Virus record (IMG/VR): IMGVR_UViG_3300017971_000310
Span: 1 to 60,228 of that record
From: a virus
Lineage: Duplodnaviria; Caudoviricetes
Length of the DNA: 60,228 nucleotides
Strand: one strand, 5' to 3'
How positions within the stretch are numbered: the stretch's first letter is position 1; each line of letters begins with the position of its first letter. The notes below the pieces were generated by a model. That model did not search any database. It was not told the DNA's origin and was given only the letters and a program-made list of their open reading frames with translations. The position numbers and the translations under genes were made by a program. Shown here one piece after another: positions 38,261 to 45,607 of this stretch.

Positions 38261-38703
38261 TATAGCCTCCTAGGTGGTTCTGTCTTCCAGGGTAGATCGT
38301 AATACCATTTCTTCATAATCTCTTGCCCATAGAAACTACATTGATAGTCCCAGCAATCCTCTCGGGAGGGCGGGCTACTCAGGTGACAATCCTCATGTAA
38401 CGGGACAAGATTGAGCTCTGTATCTATGAGCAATCTTAAATTAGGCTTCCAGCCTCTAACGTCCTGCCGGCTTACTAAAGCGTGGTGCAAATGAAATGTA
38501 GTGAAAGGTTCACTACATACAAGACACATTCTGGGTCGCACCTCTGTGAACAGCCAGTTGATTTTGTCCCTGACGGTAAATCGCCAGTGCTCGGCAAATC
38601 CGCCGGGCATCCCATAGATATCGCTCAGCTCTAGCCACTCGGCCTGCAGACGCATTTTTGGTAGACAAGTTTCCAGTGGACTTAAGAAATCAACAGCTTT
38701 CAT
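38260..38703 (-). CDS. HNH/NinG-like zinc-binding protein
   Basis: CLVC..HLHH..NLVPLHEDCH. Confidence 0.55.
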   Translation of the reverse strand: MKAVDFLSPLETCLPKMRLQAEWLELSDIYGMPGGFAEHWRFTVRDKINWLFTEVRPRMCLVCSEPFTTFHLHHALVSRQDVRGWKPNLRLLIDTELNLVPLHEDCHLSSPPSREDCWDYQCSFYGQEIMKKWYYDLPWKTEPPRRL

Positions 38704-38778
38704 GGATACTCCCTGGGGGTATAGCAATAAACACGAAAAAGTCCCTTACAAAGTATAAACTACCTGTATCTTATCATA

Positions 38779-38850
38779 CCCCTATATATGGGTAAATATT
38801 AGCAAAATGTAGGATTTGACCCACATATGGGGGTTTTAATCCTACGTTTT
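38779..38850. repeat. second cluster of CCC.ATATGGG motifs and inverted repeat in an AT-rich intergenic region
   Basis: CCCCTATATATGGG at 38779-38792; AAAATGTAGGATT...AATCCTACGTTTT inverted repeat at 38804-38850 enclosing ACCCACATATGGGGG. Confidence 0.65.
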
Positions 38851-39018
38851 TTGAACCGACTTGTAAAAATATGGCGATTTTCGGGCATTTTTGAAAAAAC
38901 GTAGTTTTAGCTACAAGATTTTCTATACATAAATAATGTTAACATGGGGGTATAGGAGAAATGGCTTACATGGATATCCAACATAATCCTGGCTCGAGAT
39001 TTCCTTAACATTTCTTGT

Positions 39019-39756
39019 TCAGAAGTCATCTAATCCTTCACATGCGCCAAGCAGCCAAGCGTCGCATTTCCTATTCCACGCCATACACGCCTCCCGGTTA
39101 TGACGGCCAGGGAATTCTGCCCTAGTCTTAAGTTCGTGCCTCAATGTTAAAATCCTATCCTCATATTCCGATACCTGCTGTGGAGTGCGTGTTGTTGAAT
39201 ACCAGTATATATCTCCGGTGTCTTTGACGCCCACGCAGAAGGCCACATTATGGCATCCTGTTAACCAGGCGTATCCTGTTAGCTGATCGCTCAATTCGAC
39301 ATCCCTGTCTTCGTATGGTCTACTGGCCGTCTTCCAATCAATAACAGTTCTTACACCATCGACCATGCCAATGCAATCCACCTTCCCGACATAATGATCG
39401 TTAGCCATCATCTGCTCACTGATTACTGGCTCGAACTTCAGCTGCTGTAATTTCTGGTCAAAGTTGTCAATCAAGCGACTCCCAATAGCTATCCAATACT
39501 CCGGGTTCGGCCCCTTGCCTTCTCCCTCCCTATAGGATTTTTCAAAAACCTGCTTAGCCATTACGGCAGGATATTCTTCCTCTTTCCATCCGTGGCACAG
39601 TGCCTCCATCCCATCGTGAAGGGCGATGCCAAAACACAGGGGCTGAGGTTTCTCCTCCATCCTGATTTTTAATATGTAACTAATGTACCAAAGTTTCGGA
39701 CATTGCTGATACATGCTAACTTGCGTATTCGATAATTTGCCTATTTGACGATCCAT
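39019..39756 (-). CDS. PD-(D/E)XK nuclease (RecB/Cas4-like exonuclease)
   Basis: YQQCP, FGIALH, GKVD, IDWKT, QLTGY, C-terminal Cys cluster. Confidence 0.85.
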   Translation of the reverse strand: MDRQIGKLSNTQVSMYQQCPKLWYISYILKIRMEEKPQPLCFGIALHDGMEALCHGWKEEEYPAVMAKQVFEKSYREGEGKGPNPEYWIAIGSRLIDNFDQKLQQLKFEPVISEQMMANDHYVGKVDCIGMVDGVRTVIDWKTASRPYEDRDVELSDQLTGYAWLTGCHNVAFCVGVKDTGDIYWYSTTRTPQQVSEYEDRILTLRHELKTRAEFPGRHNREACMAWNRKCDAWLLGACEGLDDF

Positions 39757-40349
39757 CTAATAACCTCAAAGCTTTCTGCGTAGTCCCATCCCATCTGCGC
39801 GCCTCTGACACGTGCCAAGGACCTTATAAGATCTCCCTGCATATACGGCCGGTCCTTCTGGCTTTCAAAATACTCTAGGGCGCTTGTCTTAAGCGCCACA
39901 TCCGGTTCCTCTAGTTGTATGAACCCAGCAGCCTCAAAGTCTATGTTATTCCAGGGGAGCTCATAACCTAATATGCACGTATGCTTAAATGCACGCATAG
40001 CCTCCCTAGTTACAGTAGCATGGTCTTGGTGTATATCGAACGTATTGGGAGTCAACACAATATCTACCTGCCCACGCATTTCAACCAAATTCTCTAGAAT
40101 GCCTTGGCGTTGACGTGGGAAGTCCCTAGTGGGGTAACGATAGATTTTTATATTGTTGACAGGAATTCCTAGAACATGGGCAGCCTTAGTCACCTCTGCT
40201 GTTGCTACTGCTGGGGCTATAGTCTGTGTAGAAAGAGAGAATACAGTATAGTAAATCTCATCCCCCCTGCCTATAAAATATGGTATGCTACCTCCAGCCC
40301 CCAAGATACCGTCATCTATGTGAGGGCTGAGGACCAATATACGTCTCAT
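39741..40349 (-). CDS. PIG-L/LmbE family N-deacetylase
   Basis: LVLSPHIDD..LGAGG, DIHQDH, YELPWN, AESF. Confidence 0.88.
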   Translation of the reverse strand: MRRILVLSPHIDDGILGAGGSIPYFIGRGDEIYYTVFSLSTQTIAPAVATAEVTKAAHVLGIPVNNIKIYRYPTRDFPRQRQGILENLVEMRGQVDIVLTPNTFDIHQDHATVTREAMRAFKHTCILGYELPWNNIDFEAAGFIQLEEPDVALKTSALEYFESQKDRPYMQGDLIRSLARVRGAQMGWDYAESFEVIRWIVK

Positions 40350-40899
40350 GAGCCTCCTTCTCTGTAATGATCAGCTCGCTCTGTTGTCCAGTTTCAATAA
40401 ATCGTTCTATAGCATTGGTAGCTGCTGCTGCTGTTAATCTCAGTATCCTTGCACCTAATAGATGGGTACATACTGGGTTATTTTCCACTTCCTCTTGTGG
40501 CATAGGATATCTGTTGTTCCACGCTATTAGCCCAACCCTATCCACAGACACCCCAATGTGTATAGTCGACCGTAGAGGGGATTGTGTAAATCCCCTAGCA
40601 GCAGGATTATCAAATGTATCTACTACTAATGGTTCCCCATCCTGTGCCGGCAGATACCATCGTATATTTCTTTCTACCCGCACAAATATAGGGTTGGTTC
40701 TTCTACTATTCTTAAGATATAGCATTTCCGCCAATGTCTGAACTTTGGTCATCCCAATGTGTACTCTACTATAAGCAGATGTCCCAATGTTCTCTTCTCC
40801 AACCCTATCGTTATCGATTAGATGTAGGGTGTGATCCCCGACCAGGTGCATAGCTATTTGACTACCCAATGCTCCGCAGCCAGCCAGAACGATATCCAT
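40312..40899 (-). CDS. ThiF/E1-like adenylyltransferase
   Basis: GCGALGS, IDNDRV..EN, K, VVDTFDN..AR, distal Cys (NPVC). Confidence 0.85.
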   Translation of the reverse strand: MDIVLAGCGALGSQIAMHLVGDHTLHLIDNDRVGEENIGTSAYSRVHIGMTKVQTLAEMLYLKNSRRTNPIFVRVERNIRWYLPAQDGEPLVVDTFDNPAARGFTQSPLRSTIHIGVSVDRVGLIAWNNRYPMPQEEVENNPVCTHLLGARILRLTAAAATNAIERFIETGQQSELIITEKEAHETYIGPQPSHR

Positions 40900-41154
40900 T
40901 CACTGTCCTTTCATAGGGACACAGCTTATGCCCCTAGCATACACTATGTAGCATATATTATTATGGTCTACATCTATAAACCTGGTCACTTGATAGGTCT
41001 GCTGTGGCCCATCCACCCAAAATACCTCACCCTGTATAATGGGTTCTCGAATAACCTCGACAGGCGTAACTAGCTTTGTGCTAGGAGCACAAGAGTTTAT
41101 TATAATGCTTACAATAACTATAAGCACAAGACAAAAGAATATTCTTATATCCAT
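40900..41154 (-). CDS. small lipoprotein-like/membrane protein
   Basis: Hydrophobic N-terminus ending INSC; two more Cys near the C-terminus. Confidence 0.6.
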   Translation of the reverse strand: MDIRIFFCLVLIVIVSIIINSCAPSTKLVTPVEVIREPIIQGEVFWVDGPQQTYQVTRFIDVDHNNICYIVYARGISCVPMKGQ

Positions 41155-41993
41155 AGCCCCTCATCCATATCGAATCTGTGTAGTTCTCGAGCACGTTGCA
41201 TAGCCAAGGCTAGTGAAGCTAAGTCATGCTCGCTGTCTGTTCCTTCCATACAGATACCAGCGGAGATTGCCATACCACTTCTAGATATAGTGGCGGTATG
41301 TCTGGCCCCACCATATTCCCAGGTCACATTATACCCGTCGCTGGCATTGGACCAATCTAACAGCTCTGCTCCAACTAAAGACAGCTGATAACGAAACTCC
41401 CCCTCTACGCGTTTACGGTCTTCTAGAAGAGCCTGTTGTTGCCTAGCCTGCTCCCTGACTTTACGTAAAGTGTCTAGTCTATCTTGTACCAATGCTCTGG
41501 CCCGGAGCATATCAGGAGTGGTTTCTCTGGACAGAAACGGATATAGATGAAACAACAAGTTCCCACCCAGTACACCAGCAGACACAGGGTCCAATGGGAC
41601 TGGCTGCCCACGAACTAGATGTATCGGTCTTGGGATGGCTTCTTTCCAGCCCTTTTGTGAGGCATCACTAGCATTGTAGGGAGTACATAACCATGTAGTA
41701 TCAGAGAGGGGATACAACATTATAACGTTTATGTGCCGCAAGGAGACTAGAAAACGCAGATACTCTTCTGGTGTTGCCTCCCGATCTAGCTCAGCCATGT
41801 GTTCAAGGGTGGGATGTGCGTCCATTTTCCACCAGCCCACAGGCCAGTTTCGTACCCTAAATGTATAGGGAAACCCATCCTGGACAATGAATACCTCTGT
41901 AGTTTCACTGTCCAGAATGGGAGCTATAAAGGGACGGAGCGTATGCTGTTCTAGCCTATTCAGTGCCTCAAATAAACTAGCCCCACTAGACAT
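41145..41993 (-). CDS. hypothetical protein, possible E2-like C-terminal domain
   Basis: ATG 41993 after SD-like AGAGG; C-terminal RHT...SAGICMEG with a Cys in a GIC[LM] context; E2 assignment is inference. Confidence 0.55.
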   Translation of the reverse strand: MSSGASLFEALNRLEQHTLRPFIAPILDSETTEVFIVQDGFPYTFRVRNWPVGWWKMDAHPTLEHMAELDREATPEEYLRFLVSLRHINVIMLYPLSDTTWLCTPYNASDASQKGWKEAIPRPIHLVRGQPVPLDPVSAGVLGGNLLFHLYPFLSRETTPDMLRARALVQDRLDTLRKVREQARQQQALLEDRKRVEGEFRYQLSLVGAELLDWSNASDGYNVTWEYGGARHTATISRSGMAISAGICMEGTDSEHDLASLALAMQRARELHRFDMDEGLWI

Positions 41994-42336
41994 CCTCTGG
42001 TCCAATCCACGTATTGTATATAGCTGTTCCCTGCTTCTTCCAACCAAATCTACCAGAGATTGTATCCCCGTTCATATGTGGAATCATTTCCACCATATCC
42101 CTGACCGTGAATCTAAACTTTATACCATGTATGTCTTCGAATACTAATCCCCCTGTACTGCGAGAGCTGAACCAATCCACCAATTTTAACGTAGACACGA
42201 AGGGGCGGGCTACCCGTAGTGCATATCTCTCTTGGTAGTATTTACTCCAGATTTCACCATAGCTATTCACAAACCAGGCATCCCCATGTGCTGGTTGCCC
42301 CGTTTCCTTATGGTAAGGAATCTTGAACTTAGCCAT
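41986..42336 (-). CDS. hypothetical protein
   Basis: ATG 42336 with SD GGAGG, coupled to both neighbours. Confidence 0.65.
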   Translation of the reverse strand: MAKFKIPYHKETGQPAHGDAWFVNSYGEIWSKYYQERYALRVARPFVSTLKLVDWFSSRSTGGLVFEDIHGIKFRFTVRDMVEMIPHMNGDTISGRFGWKKQGTAIYNTWIGPEDV

Positions 42337-43825
42337 TCTTAACCTCCAATATGCGGGGAATCTCTGTCTGTACAATTACATCCAAGATTGAAGTAACGGC
42401 CGGTCCACCCAATAGAGCTGTCACTTGATCGTAGATATAATAGTCCCCTGTGAATGGAAATACTTGAATTGTATAGCCTTCCTGTCTCAAATAACTCTGC
42501 AAAACATTGGGGTCCGTACCACGAAATTGTATCATTACCAATACAGGGGTCTTACCTGTTTCCTCCTCATACTGCCTCAATTCTCTAGACAACTGATTAC
42601 GATTCTCGCCCCCATCCGTTAACAATACGATCTTATCCGGGTTTCTGCCCATTCTACGTGATAGCTTGAACGCCTCGCTATGTAATGTGCCACCACCAGC
42701 CCGGACACCCCTAAGGACTTTCTTAACGTCTTGATAGGGATGACCAGTATCAGCTACTTTAAGCTGTCTGGCCACATCGTTATGGATAAAAATCTTACCG
42801 TCTTCGCACAAGGGCAATATTCGCTCGGCGAATCTTGGAGCCTCTTCGATGGGCACCTGCATTGAATAACTATGGTCTAGGTAAATGTCTGTCTGTCCCC
42901 CAATTGGTTCTTGAGCCGCAATAGCCTTTTCCTGGGATGCAGCCATAGCGGCATCTACCTCTTTATCTGATCCCTTGGAGCTCTTACGGTGGTCACTGGA
43001 TGCCACTGATTTAGTGGCCTGGCTGATTTTATCAATATAAGCCTGCTTAAACTCTGGAATATTGAGTAACCCCAATCGCTCGACCCTTGCCCGGATGTTC
43101 TGTGCTTGGGTGGGGGTCATAACGGCTAGCCTAATCAACCAGCTAGCGGTTGACCCGTCCAATACAGATTGTAGGATGCGGTCGTCTATCCTATTGTCAA
43201 CCGCCAATTGCATTTGTTCCCTGGGATTATCTGCGTTGGCTATCTGCTTGAGAACACCCAATTTGCTATCCTTTGGTACAGGACCATATAGCAAAGCATG
43301 CAGATATGGGCATTGTTCGGGATCCATATGATAGTGACGCCACACTGCCTTACCCGCCGACCTATTCTGTAGCATAACCCCATCGGCCCGGCCGTGGTCG
43401 CCTTCCAGCATCCCATAATAGTGTTTCATAATGGTGGCCATTCTACGGGGCAGCTTCTTGCTAGACTCTCGGATATAACGTTCAATCCTAAAGATGCGAT
43501 ATGGGGGCAACCCATCGAGGTTATCTGGCTCTGTACTGTATACATCACTACCCAAGAGTAGCGCCTGACCAGCATTACGATAATCCAGGGCCAGATCAAA
43601 GTCCCCTACTATCAGCGGATTGCTCTGTAGCAGGGCTATAATGGCACAGTCCTGCTGATCTCGAATAGCTGACTTTTGGGCCATATATACACAAGCCCTT
43701 GCTGTAAAATCGGGGTCCTCCTGTAACGCTCCAGTCAAGGCTGGAACAAGTTTAGAATAGTCCTTATGGGGAACCTCCATAAATGATCTCCACAAAGCCA
43801 TCCGTGCCTGAGATTGCTCTACCAT
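42329..43825 (-). CDS. TROVE/Ro60-like protein with C-terminal vWA domain
   Basis: Helical N-domain with EDPDF..RA.VY...IRD (Ro60-like); MIDAS DHSYS, GGGT, LLTDGGEN; SD AAGGAG. Confidence 0.7.
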   Translation of the reverse strand: MVEQSQARMALWRSFMEVPHKDYSKLVPALTGALQEDPDFTARACVYMAQKSAIRDQQDCAIIALLQSNPLIVGDFDLALDYRNAGQALLLGSDVYSTEPDNLDGLPPYRIFRIERYIRESSKKLPRRMATIMKHYYGMLEGDHGRADGVMLQNRSAGKAVWRHYHMDPEQCPYLHALLYGPVPKDSKLGVLKQIANADNPREQMQLAVDNRIDDRILQSVLDGSTASWLIRLAVMTPTQAQNIRARVERLGLLNIPEFKQAYIDKISQATKSVASSDHRKSSKGSDKEVDAAMAASQEKAIAAQEPIGGQTDIYLDHSYSMQVPIEEAPRFAERILPLCEDGKIFIHNDVARQLKVADTGHPYQDVKKVLRGVRAGGGTLHSEAFKLSRRMGRNPDKIVLLTDGGENRNQLSRELRQYEEETGKTPVLVMIQFRGTDPNVLQSYLRQEGYTIQVFPFTGDYYIYDQVTALLGGPAVTSILDVIVQTEIPRILEVKNG

Positions 43826-43826
43826 T

Positions 43827-44050
43827 TTACTCCTTTCTTATGGTTGCTATTGTTAACTTTAACTTCCACTTGGGATGATCTACAGCTACGAACTCTATAG
43901 GAGCTCCAGCAATAGTCCGATATAACTCGACTAGACTAGACTATATGCAGTAGATAACTCCACAGGGCCGCATAAATCTGTTATATCCTCCCAGACTTTA
44001 CCATCCGTAGAAACCTCTAATTTAGCTGCCGTTGCTTTATATATAGTCAT
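43827..44050 (-). pseudogene. 72-aa ORF interrupted by an extra TAGTC repeat unit
   Basis: Removing one of three tandem 5-mers (43929-43943) joins MTIYKATAAKLEVSTDGKVWEDIT.. to ..KLKLTIATIRKE*. Confidence 0.45.
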
Positions 44051-44081
44051 AATAAGAAACAGCCCCGGTTTCCCGGGGCTG
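44051..44081 (-). terminator. intrinsic terminator closing the ncRNA cluster
   Basis: CAGCCCCGG-GAAA-CCGGGGCTG followed by TTTCTTATT. Confidence 0.85.
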
Positions 44082-44089
44082 CCCATCGC

Positions 44090-44171
44090 CCCAGACCATT
44101 GTCAATAATAATCCACTGCACCGTGAACGCCACACACAATAACTATCGGAGGAGCTTTATGTAGGTCTGGG
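44090..44171 (-). ncRNA. possible fifth structured RNA (E)
   Basis: Closed by an 8-bp stem CCCAGACC/GGTCTGGG; inside the promoter-terminator unit; no tRNA arms recognised. Confidence 0.35.
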
Positions 44172-44184
44172 TTGATCCTTTCTA

Positions 44185-44314
44185 GTGACGTGGTGGCGTG
44201 TAGTGCTTTATTTGTTTCTCTCAGTGGGAATTGAACCCACAACCTATGGTTCCTAATACCATAGCTCTTACATTGAGCTATAAAGATTGTGAGCACCAAA
44301 CTAAGTCACGTCGC
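44185..44314 (-). ncRNA. tRNA-mimic RNA A (cloverleaf on an extended closing stem; Y-RNA-like)
   Basis: D arm GCTC/GAGC, anticodon-like arm ATGGT-ATTAGGA-ACCAT, T arm GTGGG-TTCAATT-CCCAC; outer helices GGTGCT/AGCACT and GACGTG/CACGTC. Confidence 0.75.
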
Positions 44315-44326
44315 GTTTTCTTATAC

Positions 44327-44456
44327 AATAGCGTAGTAGCCAACAGAACAATTTTCTATACTCGATGGGACTCGAACCCATACTAACGCCATTCCAGGGC
44401 GTTGCCTTTTCCGATTTGGCAACAAGTGTGTGTGTTCCATTCAAAGCCACGCTATT
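44327..44456 (-). ncRNA. tRNA-mimic RNA B (cloverleaf on an extended closing stem; Y-RNA-like)
   Basis: D arm GCC/GGC, arm ACGCC-CTGGAAT-GGCGT, T arm ATGGG-TTCGAGT-CCCAT; outer helices GGAACA/TGTTCT and AATAGCGT/ACGCTATT. Confidence 0.78.
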
Positions 44457-44469
44457 CTATTGTTAAAGG

Positions 44470-44582
44470 AGGGCCGGGCTGGAATCGAACCAGCAAAAGT
44501 TTGTGAATACACATAGTAAGTCACGAAACCGTGTTAGCCTAGGGTATTGTTTCAAACGAGTATAACCACATATACCCGGCCC
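44470..44582 (-). ncRNA. tRNA-mimic RNA C (anticodon arm replaced by long bulged hairpin)
   Basis: Acceptor GGGCCGG/CCGGCCC, D-like GTATA/TATAC, T arm GCTGG-TTCGATT-CCAGC, long arm GTTTG...CAAAC capped CACG-GTTT-CGTG. Confidence 0.78.
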
Positions 44583-44687
44583 TGGCGGGGAGGCGGGCTA
44601 TTAACCCACAAGTTTGTGGACATCGTGAAAAGCCGCGTAACCGCAGTAGCCCAAGAGGTCTTCTAAACAGCACTAATGTGCCTCCCC
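44583..44687 (-). ncRNA. tRNA-mimic RNA D (long bulged arm, encoded CCA end)
   Basis: Acceptor GGGGAG/CTCCCC + GCCA, D-like GCAC/GTGC, T-like GTGGG-TTAATAG-CCCGC, long arm capped TGCG-GTTA-CGCG. Confidence 0.75.
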
Positions 44688-44714
44688 CATGTAAAGGTTC
44701 CCCAATACACTTAC

Positions 44715-44742
44715 ATTATACCACAGGTTCCGGTCTTGTAAA
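44715..44742 (-). promoter_or_regulatory. sigma70-type promoter, phage consensus copy 3, driving the ncRNA cluster
   Basis: TTTACA-16 nt-TATAAT with TG extension. Confidence 0.8.
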
Positions 44743-44750
44743 CTAAAATT

Positions 44751-45326
44751 CTACCTCAAATGCCCGATAAAGCTAAGACTACTTTTCCCATGGAGGTATT
44801 GCCAGAGCCCATCATAGTCCAATACCTCTTGCTTACAGAACGTAGTTGGTCCTATAGCCCCCTTCTTCTTGTTACATCGTTTACAGGCTGAGATATAATT
44901 AGACAAGTCATTATCCCCACCCATTTCTAGGGGTATGAAATGGTCCACTGTCATTTGGACGTCTCCCATTTTAGCCCCGCAGTATAAGCACTGAAACCCA
45001 TCCCTGGCCCAGACTTTCTGTTGAATGGCCCCACTAATCGCATACTGCTGTTTACGAACTATGGCTTTGGGGTTCCAGTGTTCATTATCCTTAAAGAATA
45101 CGGGATCATCCGTCTGCTTGAGAATAGCACACCACTCCTCCAGGGTGGGGTCCGCCAGGCAAATATCGTTTGGGACAATTAACTGATTGGCTGTGGGGGA
45201 CATCAATAGTATGTTTTCCCCCTGCCCCTGCAGAAGGATGCCCGATATCTTCAACAGATGTCCAGCATCCTCTATGTATACTGGCCTGTCCGTATTCGGA
45301 TATTTTAACTCGTAGAGTCTACCCAT
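44751..45326 (-). CDS. HNH endonuclease with N-terminal extension
   Basis: RDGFQCLYCG..TVDHFIP..GG.N..SN...ACKRCNKKK; ATG 45326 overlaps the upstream gene end. Confidence 0.88.
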   Translation of the reverse strand: MGRLYELKYPNTDRPVYIEDAGHLLKISGILLQGQGENILLMSPTANQLIVPNDICLADPTLEEWCAILKQTDDPVFFKDNEHWNPKAIVRKQQYAISGAIQQKVWARDGFQCLYCGAKMGDVQMTVDHFIPLEMGGDNDLSNYISACKRCNKKKGAIGPTTFCKQEVLDYDGLWQYLHGKSSLSFIGHLR

Positions 45327-45606
45327 AGGTAAATTCCGCCCCCACCAGAATGACATTGCCCTCCGCTGGACGGCTAACCTTACGTCCCCTCAATGCCCCT
45401 GGTTCCATTACATCGGCCATATGGCGCTCAATTCGTTCTAGCAACTGGTCATCGGGAACCAGCATTGGGTCGTCTGGCATAGCAATGTCGCTGTAAGGAA
45501 ACTCGTGGATTTGGGCATCGGCTCCACGTCCCACAATTACCCGTACAATTGGTCCTGTATCCGTAACGGTGACCTCTGTTTCAAATAGTTCAGTATAGGT
45601 GTCCAT
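45319..45606 (-). CDS. small acidic protein, ubiquitin-like/sulfur-carrier candidate
   Basis: 95 aa, strand-strand-helix-strand-strand pattern, ends ...VILVGAEFTYG; SD AAGGAG; fold assignment is inference. Confidence 0.55.
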   Translation of the reverse strand: MDTYTELFETEVTVTDTGPIVRVIVGRGADAQIHEFPYSDIAMPDDPMLVPDDQLLERIERHMADVMEPGALRGRKVSRPAEGNVILVGAEFTYG

Positions 45607-45607
45607 T

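Noticed and set aside
39019-39756. Cas4-like nuclease as part of a CRISPR-Cas system
   Set aside because: No array or other cas genes; solo PD-(D/E)XK exonucleases are common in phage recombination modules.
44102-44299. 65-aa ORF from the six-frame track
   Set aside because: It overlaps a well-formed tRNA-like element, starts at TTG with no SD and has no recognisable motif.
44218-44429. Annotating A and B as ordinary tRNA-Leu and tRNA-Ser
   Set aside because: They lack long variable arms, have imperfect acceptor stems and are embedded in longer helices sharing a motif with C and D.
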